A stretch of 64,000 nt of DNA from Macrostomum hystrix (GCA_950097015.1 CATNEN010000039.1:11470001-11534000); one strand, 5' to 3'; shown: positions 25,501 to 49,566, counted from the first letter of the stretch. Numbers and translations are program-made. Notes: generated from the letters alone by a model not told the origin.

Positions 25501-27960
25501 GTCAAGAACTCAAAAACTCTCAAACTTGCTATAATCAATCAGGTTTGCTAATTAAATATTTAATTAAATACTCATGGCTTGAATCTTATGCATTTAGTTT
25601 TCAAAAATTGTTCATCTGACTATATAATAATCTGTTAGCTTATGACTTTACTATTAATTTAAAAAGCTAATAAATATTATCAGCATGCACAAAGTAAGAC
25701 AGAGCTTCAAATATCACAGATAGAAAGCTAATAAAAATATGCTCTTTTATAATACACTAAAATAAGTATTATAAATAAGTCTTTAAGGGCAAGGCACGAT
25801 TTAAACTAAAAAACATTACTTGAAGTAGAATTCAAATTTAAATGTGGCAAAATATAAAAAATACTGACAGCTAGCTAAAATATCAACAAAAATTCTTAAT
25901 GCCTATTAAGCCTAATTATTTAAGTAGCCAATAATTATTTTTTTCATATAAAAAATTGCCCTATTTCCTAATTAGTTTTCAAATGTATCAATGATACTAC
26001 TTATTTATAGGTAAATAATATCTATAGGAGAACAATTAATAATAAAGTGCATGCTGGGGCAGGTAAAAAAGACAGATAGCATACATGCAGGGTTAAACAT
26101 GCAGGACAACAATTGCAACATTCCCCCCAAAAAACTTTTTTCTTTTTCAACAGACCGAAATTAACAATGTAATGTGAAATCAGGGTAGGCAAAAGAAAAC
26201 AAAAATTAATGAAGGAATTAACACATTGATTTCAATAGCATGACAAGTGAGAAAACTTATGCATGTAACACCCAAAAAACTAAGAAATGTAATAAGAAAA
26301 GGAAGACAGCAATATTAAGCATGCACAACCAAAAACAAAGTTTTTTGAACAGGCCTTCTATTGCACTCTGCCCTACAAGAATCAGCTGAGCAGGCCAGAC
26401 AAATACTATCACATCCATGAGACAGCAACTTGACTATTCCCATCTTCCAGCACAGGCAAGGTTGATGATGCTTACTTTTTATCAACACCACCTAACCAGC
26501 CTTTGGCTCATGAGAACCTTTACTACTAGCCACAAATTGTTCTCTGAGTGTGGTGACAGAGAAAATGGTTCTAAATTGATAATAAAGTGCATGCTGTGGC
26601 AGGTGAGAGACAGAGGCAACCAACATAGGGTTAAACATGCAATATGACAATTACAACAACTGCTTTACCACAAATGTTACTAGTAAAGTAATAGACAAGC
26701 ACAACACAGGCTTGACACCTGCCCATATATAGGCCAGAACCTGCAATAACCACTGACAATGAATAGTCAGTTTTGACTAGATTACTAGGGTTTATTTAAA
26801 TATTCTTAGCCAACACTATAAACTAAAGTACTTGCAGTTTAGGTAGCTGGGTAAAGTTTCATTCAAAATTCAAAAAGTTCAAAAAATTTGTTGTCTTATA
26901 GGAAGGAATGGGAGAAAAAATTGCAGTGAGCAATCAGCATTCACAGCATAAAATTTGGAATGCAGATAAAAAACTCCTTGTTTCTTTTCTTGCATTCAAC
27001 ATTGATAAAGGGCATGACAACTTATAACTATTACCATAGTCCGGATCATGTCGTTTACGCCGGAGATCTCCGGCGTAAATCTGGTTTGGGATCGGAGGCT
27101 GGCGTAAGTGCTTGGCGTAAGTATAGGCCAAAATGTGCCTTGGCGTAAGTGCTTGGCGTAAGTACATGGCATAAATCAAGTGGCATAAATGTTAGCACAA
27201 ATGAGATCATTCACGATCAAATGTATCACTATAGAACATAACACATTTGCGTTAATTATGATTTTAAGGAGCAGCATTAAAACAAAGTTCATTAAAATAT
27301 TGCAGTTAGTATAAATGAGATAGCAGAATATCTATTGTAGGATAGCAAAAGTTTTTTTAGCTTTAAGATGCTTACTTTGATACTTGATTCAGAATTTGCA
27401 ACTTGTGAGATTTTTAAACAGTTGCAACTTCTGAATTTAATTAATCACCGATTAACAAGAATTGTGAAGGACCTTTTTTGGGTGGCGTAAATCAGAGGGA
27501 CCTTTTTTGGTTGGCGTAAGTCTGGCGTAAGTGCCAAAAATGTTGGATTTTTCCTCCGGCGTAAGTCCAGCATGATCCGGACTATGGAACTATTAATTTG
27601 AATTAGAGGTTCTTTAGAATGAAATAGTTGGGACTAGGGAACCAATTAAAATGCAAAATATGTATGATGTTTTGTAGCTAACAGTTGGCAACTATGAAAA
27701 GCATTAGACAACCATACAAACAGAGAGTAAAAAAATAAGTCATAATAAAAATAAGACATAATAAAAATAAGACATAATAAGACATAAGCAAATAATAAAG
27801 GACAAAAGTGTCTACACTTGATAAATTGTTATGTATAAATTTTAGCACGTCAAACAGTAACTTACACAAAATAAAAGTATAGTCCTGTGAAGACAATCAA
27901 GACAGACCATGCTATCACAGCAGGTACTACTTTTGTTGAACACTTGCACTCACAGCCCAT
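22440..27960 (-). CDS. ZDHHC8: DHHC palmitoyltransferase, zDHHC5/8 subfamily; 4 coding exons
   Basis: Exons (-) 27960-27866 ([32 protein letters not shown]), 25287-24732, 24010-23735, 22748 (or 22739)-22440. Motifs [51 protein letters not shown]|[16 protein letters not shown]. Confidence 0.92.
22975..23570 (+). repeat. 34-bp minisatellite (AATCGATTCAGAATCGGAGAGGATAATTATCCCA)n
   Basis: ZDHHC8 intron 3; degenerate relatives at 24040-24660. Confidence 0.95.
24240..24320 (+). mobile_element. SINE family B 3' fragment
   Basis: TAGCTGCGGCTGTGTTGTCGGCTGCACATATG..GGGCAGGTGTAATCAA matches 46893-46950. Confidence 0.55.
27034..27587. mobile_element. 554-bp non-autonomous DNA transposon (MITE) with an 8-bp TSD (hAT-like)
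   Basis: Perfect 17-bp TIRs CCATAGTCCGGATCATG / CATGATCCGGACTATGG; identical flanks AACTATTA at 27026-27033 and 27588-27595; many subterminal GGCGTAA motifs. Confidence 0.9.
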
Positions 27961-28737
27961 TCTTACTCATTAAGTATCAACAGATTTACAGCATCTCTTT
28001 GAATTTAGCACTGCACCGCAGATTTTTTTAGTTCACTGCAGTACAGAGAACTACACAGCAGAACTACAATGCAGGTTACTAACAGATCAAGGAATTTTCA
28101 CGAGGTCAGAAATTCATAAAGCAGTATTATATCGTTACCTTGCGTAAATTGGTGATAGGTATATTTGAAATAAACATATGGATGGATTGAAAAATCATAA
28201 GCTCGCGTTTTTTTGTAAAAATGGTTCATAAACAAAAAATGGACTAAGCTCTGCAATGCGTTATGATAAACAGTATCACTCACTACTTGAACCAGTTCGA
28301 CATCGACGAAATCAGTTTTTGCTGATTTTTGTATTCGAACTTGTGCTCGTTTTATTTATGTTTGCAAAATATAACAAATTGAAGCTAAAAATAACATAAT
28401 AATAAGTACCAAAATTATAAAATTTTACTGTGCTTTAATGCAGAAATATGATAAATATTGTAAAAGTGGCAATTTTCAACGCCTTAAATACCATTTTACT
28501 TTTTACATTAGCTCCCTTGAAGTTGGCACCCTTCTCTCGTCAACTTCTTCTTCTCTTCTTCTTCTCAATCTCACCCACTAATTCAATACACCCGTTACAT
28601 GGATTGTGACGCACATTTGGCTTTATTGAATGTGACACGGGTGCATCGTACCATACATTCGACAAAACAGCATATTTCGCAGCCGCAGGAAGTCCGTATA
28701 GTTACGTACAAATTTTAAGGGTTTAAATTTTAAGGGC

Positions 28738-29155
28738 TGTTTCGTTCTAACATCGCGATATAACATGCAAAAGGACGCATTTGAATCGGTCTATAACATG
28801 TTAGATGTTGCGTGCAAAATATTCTTATTCCAATAAATAATAAAATAAATGACAAGAAATAGGCCTAATATTTAAATATACCTAGCGAGCTATATAAATT
28901 GTTAATATTACCTATAGCTAAGCCTAGCTAAACTAGCCTAGCTAGCTAGTAGACATTTTTCTTATTGCTACACTGCTAGTAAGGGGCTTTCCATTAGGAT
29001 TACTTCAAGGTTAAAGTAGGCATTAACGCAACATCTAACATGTTATAAACCGATGTACATGCCAAATTTTAGCATTTAACGCAACTTCTAACATGTTATA
29101 CACCAATGTACATGCCCACTTTATGCATGTTATAATCCGAAGTTAGAACGAAACA
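28738..29155. mobile_element. MITE with long imperfect TIRs
   Basis: TGTTTCGTTCTAAC..TATAACATGCA at the left end and TGCATGTTATA..GTTAGAACGAAACA at the right end; internal inverted TATAACATGTTAGATGTTGCGT / ACGCAACATCTAACATGTTATA. TSD not clear. Confidence 0.65.
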
Positions 29156-30554
29156 TTAGTGGGTTGATGGTAGACTAGTAGAATAACGGCTTAAGTGCCA
29201 TAGTTAAATAGTGCCATCGTGTTATAATTATTATACGAGTAACTCTTCGGAATTTTGATAGTCCTCGTGTAATTTTAATCAACGCTTTAAAATAAAAGCA
29301 ACGATTTCCTACTTCAGTGTCATTGACAATCCAGAGGTGCATGTACAGTCGCGAGGACCATGCCAAGTATAACTCCTCTCTGTAGAGTGGGCATATTTTG
29401 TTATTGGTCAGTATAGAATGTGGTTCCGTCATCGTCCATTAAATTACTTTTCTTGATGATCTTTATTCTTTACATCCTATCATGACAATTAAGACATTCA
29501 TGAGACTTTGTACTTTAATAAAATACGCCATTGTGGATCAATGGGGTTGAAATTGAAAAAAATCCGCCAGCGTCAATGTTACAGATTTAAATTAGACAGT
29601 TTATTTTTTTAATTAACGTAATTTGAGTATTCAATAACTGACAATAATTTGGTACAATATCTAAACTGTATGACTTACCGATGAGGCAATTAATTATCGC
29701 ATTAAGCAGACATGAAATATCGTAAACTGACTTTTTGACCGATGTTGATAATTACAAAATTAGATAATTAGAAATAAAATGTGTCGAACACTGGAAAATT
29801 TGTATACATGTACATCAAAAATTGCATCAAAATTTAATAACGAGAGAAAGATTTGTAATAATTAAAAAATTTAAATTTGTTTCGGCGAAGACGACAAACA
29901 TGCAATGTATCCACAAGCATGCATATACGAGTACATATATAGTACATAGTACAAAGACTCGTATATAGATGCCAATAATGCAGCTCTGTATACTGCATAC
30001 TTTTTAAACGATTTTGTCACAATGAATTAAGAAGCTCGACTAAGTGGTGTACATGTACAACACTGATACATATTTTAGGGGAAAATGTAGTAACAAATAA
30101 AACAATTCAATAATTGCTTTTTAGCTCAAATCGTGCTGTAACTCGTATGTTACAAAACAAAAAATGGTTCAATACGAGTATAAGACAAGACTGTTTATGC
30201 CAAACACAGAATCAGTTGTCTGCCGATCAAACAAAACAGCAGTTAACTTGTTGCTCAGCCCACAAGAGGTTCCGCCGACTGAAATGTAAAAATGCGTCAT
30301 TTTCGCTACTGAAATTGTTTTTTAACTGTATGTTTGTAGAGCTTTGCCAAGCTATAGTGTTCACATTTCGACAAGAATGGTCCACAAAAAGCGTCGGTAT
30401 CTGTGAAAAGAATGACTGTAATATCTTTAAATTTCATTTGAAAATGAACCAGAACATAAAATAATCCATAGTGTGTACACCTTGGCCAAACGTATTGAAG
30501 GGAATACCTCATTTACAAACCTATAATTTAGCAAGAAGTAATTTAGCTGGTATT

Positions 30555-41533
<10,979 letters not shown>

Positions 41534-41547
41534 GGCACCTGAGTTAG

Positions 41548-42307
41548 CACGCGATCCACAGAGAGAGAGCTGAGATCAGACTGGGAGAGGGCCGGCCACG
41601 CAACAGAACACTGGCAAGCGCGGGAGACAACGCGCAGCAGAAAATAGAGAAGTGCCCTCAGTCACGGAAGCCGCAGTGCGGAGGGGGCAGATAGTCTCCG
41701 ATGCGACCTTTTCTGCACACAACAAGGTGCCCCCACGCGAACAAAACAAGACAGATGGGGACAAGCGCACACAGGCAGGCCCCGACAGCCGGACTACAGG
41801 GTCTCGGCGTCGAGCTAGGCGCACGCGAGCAGGCAAGGCTGAGCGGCCGACTCGGGCTTCGTTTCGTCTCGTTTCGTGACACACTGGCCGGAGTTACCAA
41901 GGCTCCTATAGGCAATTTATCCCTCCACTCTAGTTTCGTGCCGAGAGACCGCCTCAGATATAGGGGCAGAGGGATAGGAGGGAGGAGAAAGCCAGGCTGA
42001 AATATCCCCTTTTTCCCCTCACTCTTTAGGGGCAGCTTTCCCATTATTAGGCCTCGGCAGAATTCGCGTGACAACAGCGACCGACTGCGACGGCGAGCTA
42101 TTTCAAAAGCCACACCCACCCTCCGCTGACTCTCCTCTCCGATCCCTCGCCAGATTCTAAATCCCCACCCTCAGTGTTTGCCCCGCCGAGGCCGCCGCCG
42201 AGGGAGGAGAGCCACCCCCACCCTCCGCTCAATCCGCCTCGACCAATCGGGGCGGGGCCGCGCGCCGTTTCGAAGCAAAAATTGTCAATTGCGGAGGACT
42301 CACGCCA
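41548..42307 (-). promoter_or_regulatory. AhR upstream region with five XRE consensus sites, a CCAAT box and a GC box
   Basis: TNGCGTG at 41548, 41734, 41822, 42064 and 42301; CCAATCGGGGCGGGG at 42243-42257. Confidence 0.5.
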
Positions 42308-42489
42308 TGACTTTTCAGACAGGGATTTTTAGCCCACACATTTAGGCCATTCTATTGCTACCTTATTCAAAGTACTTTTATTCCTTCATTTATTGTTCTC
42401 AATCCAGATTTTTTACTAATTTTAAGAAAATTGCCTAATCGTTTCTCGATTCCCTTTCCATAAGATTCAAATCTCACCGCTCCCAAATC

Positions 42490-43640
42490 TCTCATCTCCC
42501 TCCTCCACTTTCTCCCCTCTCTACATTCTCCCCACTCCCATCTTCCTACTCTCCTATCCACTCTCTACTTTTCCCTCCAAACTCTCTACTTCCCCCTCTC
42601 TACTCTCCCCTCTCTTCTCTCCCTCTCTCCTCTCCCCTCTCTCCTCTCTACTTTCCCCCTCTCGTTTTTACTTTCCCCTCTCTCCTCTCTACTTTCCCCC
42701 TCTCTCCTCTCTACTTTCCCCTTTCTCCTCTCTACTTCCCCTCTCTCTTCTCTCCTCTACCCTCTCTCCTTTTTACTTTCCCCTCTCTCCTCTCCCTCTC
42801 TCCTGTCCTCTCTCTTCTCTCCCCTCTCTCCTCTCTACTTTCCCCTCTCTCCTCTCTCCTTGTTACTTTCCCCTCTCTCCTCTCTCCTTGTTACTTTCCC
42901 CTCTCTCCTCTCTCCACTCCCTCTCTCCTGTCCCCTCTCTTCTCTCCCCTCTCTAATCTCTCCTCTCTAATCTCCCCTCTCTCCTCTCTCCTCTCTACTT
43001 TCCCCTCTCTCCTCTCTACTTTCCCCTCTCTCCTCTCTACTTTCCCCTCTCTCCTCTCTACTTTCCCCTCTCTCCTCTCTACTTCCCCTCTCTCCTCTCT
43101 CCTGTCCCCTCTCTTCTCTCCTCTCCCCTCTCTACTCTCTCCTCTCTAATCTCCCCTCTCTCCTCTCTACTTTCCCCTCTCTCCTCTCTACTTTCCCCTC
43201 TCTACTTTCCCCTCTCTCCTCTCTACTTTCCCCTCTCTCCTCTCTACTTCCCCTCTCTCCTCTCTACTTTCCCCTCTCTCAGAGCTCCTCTCTACTTTCC
43301 CCTCTCTCAGAGCTCCTCTCTACTTCTCCTCTCTCCTCTCTCCTCTACCCTCTCTCCTTTTTACTTTCCCCTCTCTCCTCTCCCTCTCTCCTGTCCTCTC
43401 TCTTCTCTCCTCTCTACTTTCCCCTTTCTACTCTCTACTTCCCCTCTCTACTCTCTCCTCTCTACTTTTCCCTCTCTCAGAGCTCCTCTCTACTTTCCCC
43501 TCTCTCAGAGCTCCTCTCTACTTTCCGCTCTCTCCTCTCTACTTTCCCCTCTCTCCTCTTCCCCTTTTGCCTCTCTACTCTTAACTTTACCATCTCTCCT
43601 CTTCCCCTCTCCTCTCCTCTCCCCACTCCCCACTCTCCCA
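42490..43640 (+). repeat. 1.1-kb polypyrimidine low-complexity tract (CTCTCTCCTCTCTACTTTCCC-like)
   Basis: Upstream of AhR. Confidence 0.92.
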
Positions 43641-44580
43641 GGCTTACCTTGTATCTACCCGATTCCGACTCACTGTAAATCTCCACCGTTACCTCGCCCA
43701 CAAAGCTATTTTCCAAATGCGCCAAGAAACACAATATTGATGCGAAAACAGCATTTTATAGGCACTTTAATTTTTTTGGAAACATATAAAATTGTGGCAT
43801 CAAGAAATCTATTTAGTAGCGCAATCTAATCACCGACTCGACGTCCTATATTTTTCAGTTTCTGTGTTCTTCTAAACTAATAAAAAAATATAAAAAATCT
43901 AACTTAGCAAAATTTGAAGTCCAATATGCAGTTTAATAAATGTAGACAAAAACTAAAATCACTTGCGCCTTGCGAACTAAACTACTTAAATAGCAATCGC
44001 CTCAGTAGTAAAATTGCATTTTGTTACACTTGTACAAAAAAGCACTGTAAGCATAGCTAGTTTAATTGTAAAAGGCAACTCGAAAAAAAGAAATCGTTTA
44101 TCAAAATTTAACTGAAAAATAGATAGCACAATACACAAAAATACTTGAAGAATGCCAATCTGAAAGCTAGCGAATTAAAAACTGAAAAATAACAAAAAGC
44201 TAATAATACGCACTTTTTCAAATACTAGAGAGCTACGACTATTTTTTTCCACAGTAAATCAGAGAAACATATTCTCAAGTTCAGAGGTGACTACAAATTT
44301 GACAAATTTATAAAAAAATTATTTGCAGGCACAAAAATACGACGTAAGATCAAAACGGCACAACTGCACAACTAACAACAGCACCAGATTCATATACGCG
44401 AGTGTGTGAAACACGAACAAGGCGCCTGCCAACAGCGAATGTACTATTAAAATTTAAAGACCACAGAATTTTAATCTAGCTATCAGATTTTTAACAGCTT
44501 TCTTTGCTTCGGAATAATTTTACAATCAGGATCTACAACACAAGAATCATAAAAACCGATTTCTATACCTGACTAACTTG

Positions 44581-46457
44581 CTAATCCAGCTCGGATTCTT
44601 CAGTCTCTTCAACAACGGCCTGCCAGCCGCCCCTTAGCAGCACCCATTGAGCGTAGCGTCGATCAAAATGACGCAAACAATGCGCTTTCACTTGCTCCCG
44701 TTTCTCCACTTGTCCGTCGCAGCGTTGACAAAGCAGACGCGTCACTAGATACAGCATAGCAACGCAGCGCCATGCTTGAAGATCGTCTAGCAATAGCTTA
44801 GTAAGCTGGCGACTGAACTCATCGTAGTCAGACAGGCAGGATAGTAGAGAATCCAATGTGGCGTCGTCAACTGGCGCCTTGCCTGCAAGTTAACCAAGTC
44901 GGGGTGGGTGCGAAGGAAGAGTCCACGGCTGAACAGTTGTACACAGGCATTACACTGAACAGTTACCTCTATTACCTCGACCTTCTTTAAAAGAAGTACC
45001 ATTCCACGACTCTAATTTCTATTTAATCTATTCGATTCGATAAAAAAGCAAATCGTACCTTCGCTGCCTTTGCCGCGAAGAACCCGACTCTCCTTCGCCT
45101 CGAGAGCGGACTCCAGGCAGAAGGACACGGACTCTTGTCGGCTGCTGCCGCCGACGCCGCCACCAAAAAAGTCCTTAGCAACAAAGTCTAGCATGGCGGC
45201 TACATGGTCTAATCGGTCTTCAATATCGCTATCCGCGGTGGCCAGTGGCATCACCGTCGCCGTATTGTCGCCATGCTGCAGACACGCTCGACCGAATTCG
45301 CTAACTATGCGAGCTTTCCTCAACGGAATCTGGCGCCTCTGCTGCTGCTGCTGTTGCAGCTTCTGGGTCGTAACTAAACGTCTACGTTCCGACGGCGAGG
45401 GCGAATGAGACGGCGACGGTGTCACGTTAAAAGCGCGTTGCATTAGTAGCCGAGACTCGCGATCGCCTTTGACAGCGCCTCGATGCTGGCGAGATCCGTT
45501 GTCGATAGCGGAGACGGCGTCCGAGTTGAATAGGATGTCCGTGTGGGCGCGCTGACGTCGAAAGTCGAACGTGACGTCGCCTTCTGCAGCAGCTTCGCCG
45601 TCTGCGCGATCCTTCGCAGACTGCTGCGCCGAGTCGCTAGTCGACGCAGTTCTCTCGCCTCGCCTTTGTCGCCGACGATTTCGTTGCCCTCGAAGCCGAT
45701 CGTCATTTTCGGCGTTGGCCTCGACAAAACAATCGTCGTCAACATCGCCATCCACTGCGTCGGTGAATTCCAAATTAGCTGGCGCAGAATACGGCAGCCT
45801 GCCGCAGGGATCCGAGTACGCCACCGGTCGGCCAACTTTGGGCGGAGTAGTGCCGCCGAGGCGCCTAACAGATGCTACTTCGCCGTCGAAATCGCTATCA
45901 TCGTCGTCGCCTTGAACTTGAAGTAATCTGTTTGTGGTGGCAAATAGTGCATTGTTTGTGCATGCATTAGCACGTGATCATAGGGACTGCATGCCTGTTT
46001 ACTTGTACTTATGACTAATTTTCTATGTTTAACTAAAGTTAAACTCACAATCTGTTAAGTAATATTATTTACTCTCTACGTTTAATACTACTTGCAGTAG
46101 AAATTATTTATAATATGCCCAACGGTAATAACAATGCCAATGTCTTGACGTCCTCCGAAGGAGGAGTTCCGCCGGGATTGAGAAACATGCAGTGTGGGAA
46201 AACCTGAAGGACGCGCACCTGGCAAGTCTCGGCCTCTCGCTAATAGCTGACAAATTTTCAGCCAGATTGACACTCCAACTGCGGGTGAGGAAAATTTCCA
46301 GTAGTGCCCGAGCCTCGTTGGTGACAGAGTCCGCAGTGGCCAGAGATGGCTGGAGCGACTGGGAGCGACGCAGTGAAGGTCCAGACGATGAACCCTGCGA
46401 CAGGCTGTCATCACCTGTGTCGCCACCAATGGCGGCGAGTGGTTCGCCACGTTCAGC
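44581..46457 (-). CDS. Bcl-2-family protein lacking a C-terminal TM anchor; 5' end not found
   Basis: Exons (-) 46457-46219, 45927-45059, 44882-44581, phase-consistent. BH4-like VTNEARALLEIFLTRSW, BH3-like VAAMLDFVAKDF, BH1-like QAWRCVAMLY, BH2 AQWVLLRGGW. The start-codon exon lies further upstream and was not identified. Confidence 0.7.
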
Positions 46458-46706
46458 CTAAAAACAGTGAGACAATAAAATTATTTATTTTGGCATGTCA
46501 AAAATAAATACCATAATACACATATTAGAGTCTAGCTTTTCAGATTTCGATTTCAGATTTAGATTTCAGATTTAGATGCAAATCTAATTGTGATAAATGT
46601 AAAACAATAAGAAACATAAAGAAAGCTAACATATTGTTTAAAAAGAAGCTTTTTACAAGCAGCTTTGCTTTTAAATATAGTGTATCTACAGTATATTTAA
46701 TATATC

Positions 46707-46975
46707 AGGGTTCAATTCCCAACTCTGCAGAAACAATTTGTGTCCTCAAGCAGTATACTTAACTCTGCATTGCTTCAGTTCACCGAGTTGTTAAATAGGT
46801 ACCCGAATTAGCAGGGGTATTTGAGAGTGGGTGAGTCATCTTTTAGCCTATGGACTAAACAGCAGCACTCAACCTTCAGATGCAACAGACAATAGCTACA
46901 GCTATGCTGCCAGCAGCACATATGGCCCAATTAGGGCAGGTGTAATCAATTATTATTATTATTATTATTATTACA
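46707..46975 (+). mobile_element. SINE family B copy (B-box remnant, CORE-like domain, GGGCAGGTGTAATCAA + (ATT)n tail)
   Basis: TGTGTCCTC..ACTTAACTC..TGCTTCAGTTCACC..GTTAAATAGGTACC resembles the CORE-SINE domain. The tail is shared with the fragment at 24240-24320. Confidence 0.65.
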
Positions 46976-48076
46976 TTAAGATATATCATTGAATTTGTTA
47001 GCTTGACACAAATTTTATCTATCCTTGTTATTAAAAGGATGGGCTAATTTTATATAAATAGCATTGGAATATATTTGGGTCAAGCTGAACAATACAGTAG
47101 TTATTAATATTTTTCTCATAGTTATGACATTTTTGGTTTGTTTTTATGTCAAACCAACTCAAACCAGCACAACACACTTGTTTTGTTATCAAAACAAAAT
47201 ATAATGACTATACATAGTATAAAAACAGACAAGTCACTAGCATAACATCATTCCTACTAGGCTTAAGATAATCAATAGTTTGTGCACTAGATACAACAGG
47301 ACCTTGTTGGCTTGGAACAATGGTGACACCACTGTATAGTATGGGTTAGGTGTTTATAATATATCTCACAAAAATGACATCAAGCCAAGAGCAAGATTTG
47401 TAATTGAATATAGTAAATCAAGTTGTCAACCAACAACCAAAATAAAAACCTAGAGCAAGTATATAAAGAGAAATATTAAATATTTAGTCCATATTATGAT
47501 AAAAAAGCAAAGACAAAAAAACATACAAAATTACTAAGTATCAATGCTCAACTCATAATTTAATGAACAGATACTCAAGTGTCAATATTTAGCTAGGCAG
47601 AAAAGGGTGTGATACATGAAATATAAATGTATTGGGTCAGAGGTTATGATATAAAGGGGCTTGATTTAAAGGGAGCATTACACTCAATAGGCAGAGGCAA
47701 GGGTACTCAATTTTCAATTTATATAATTACATAATTATGCTATTGCATTAGTTCCATAAGTAGCTAGTACTTCAGTAGTAGAGCCAATGTGAATTAGGAC
47801 TAGGACTATCTTAAAGTTCAAAATATTTTTTTCAGAAGATTTTATGTTCAGAAGATTATATGTACTTATGTACTTAAAACTATATATAGTATAGCAGATA
47901 ACAAAGTGGTAGATTACAAAGTTCTTTGATGACAAAGTCTCAATTAAGGAATCTCACATGGTTCTCTAGGCTTTCAAGTTTGACTGATGAAATTCAAGTG
48001 TTGGGAGTCATTAATCTATGGTTAATCTAAGTTACATGAGTAATAGGCATTAGCAAGTCAAACACAGGCTAGGCAT

Positions 48077-48825
48077 CGTTGAGATATAAACAATGTTACA
48101 ATGTTTCAGAAATGGGTTAGAAAACATATATAAAAAACTAATGAAATAAAAACAAAATATTTCTAGCAATTATATAATGGAGTCAACATACAATCGACGA
48201 TAAAAATCTACTATGCTATTCACAATATAACATGAAAAAATATGTAAGTCCTACAGCATACTGAAAAACAAAAGAAAATTGTTACTTAAAAACACTGAAA
48301 TGCACGAACGTCTTAGTTTTGTCTTTTAAGTTTCATGGAAAACAAAAGTTTTGGTTTTCGTGCTTTCTTTGAAGAATAGCAAATGTATTCATTATATTAT
48401 ATTTAATTGCTTAATAAATTAATTATTTTTTAATTGTATATTTTTTCCTAATAAAGAAGAAATAACTATTTTATTGCTAAAATATTTGTTTCACCTACAT
48501 TGATCTGACTCATTATTTTTAACTATTGCTTTTCTGAGAAAGCATTCTTTGTTGACCGCTCTTTAGCGGTTCGTTGTGCTAATAGTAATTTGGTTGCTGC
48601 TGTTTTCATGCAGTCAAGTTAAGATGTTCTGAAATCATAAAAAATAGCGACTCAGACATAACTAGGTTAATAAGATGCTTTGCCCTTAAGTTTAGTACAT
48701 TAGCTTTTAGCATTACTTATTCGTTATTTGTTATTAGTACATTGTCACTAGTTGTTTAATTTTCACATATTCACAAGAGTACTAGGCCTAAAGTATTTCA
48801 TCGCATAAGTGAAACTAGTTAATCG
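48077..48825. promoter_or_regulatory. Putative bidirectional promoter between the Bcl-2-like gene (-) and SEC31 (+)
   Basis: Divergent gene pair; about 13 CpGs retained here, flanked by CpG-free zones; inverted repeat ACCGCT-CTTT-AGCGGT near 48555-48570. Confidence 0.5.
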
Positions 48826-49059
48826 TGTAAGCAAAAAAAACTATGCTGCATATTTTCTTCTTAAAAGAGGTACAAGTTAGAAACTGAAACTAATTTGAAA
48901 TTCTTTTTTATGCTTTATGTAGATGATACATGCCATTAAATAACTTTATAGTTATATTTTTTTCTATGCAGATTACTAAACCATAATTTATTATTATTCT
49001 GTTTTTAATTTAGTATAGTTCTATTTAAGACAATTGCTAATATTTATAATAGTTGCAGT

Positions 49060-49378
49060 TGTGCTGTAGGTAATGGTACATCATTTGGTGAAACTAGACT
49101 TGTAGCCAGCAAGGAGGCAATTATTTTCACTGACTCCTAAGCATGAGCACACATATGACATGTGTACATGCTTTAGTATCATACATAGGCACACACACAT
49201 GGTGTGTACATCTGCCTTGAGTTTCTCATTTTCAGGCAGTGCACTATGCTTAGGTTAGCTCTCAATAGTATAAATTGTATGACAAGCCCCAAGCCTTCTA
49301 TCCATAGCTATAGCCCAAATAATGTGGCCTCACTGTAGGATCTGTTGAGAGGCAAACCTGTTAGACTGCTCTGCCATC
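49060..49378 (-). mobile_element. Decayed SINE family A copy with all CpGs lost
   Basis: GGTACATCATTTGGTGAAACTAGACTTGTAGCCAGCAAGGAGGC matches GGTACATCATTTGGTGACACTAGACTCGCAGCCAGCGAGGAGGC at 32522. Confidence 0.75.
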
Positions 49379-49566
49379 TTTAAGACAATATCTAACTTCT
49401 TTTATTGGTAAAATTATTATTATTATATATTATTACTAGGCATTCTGATAAAGTGATAGGTTAGGGTTGGATCATTGCCCTAAAAGCTTAAGTTCATTTT
49501 TGTCTAATAGTTCATTATTACATTTATCAATAATTTCAAATAAATTTCTTATTCCAGACTAGTGGA

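Noticed and set aside
26038-26660. Diverged ~80-bp direct duplication (26038 and 26578)
   Set aside because: No TSD, TG..CA ends or coding content to suggest an LTR; probably an old local duplication.
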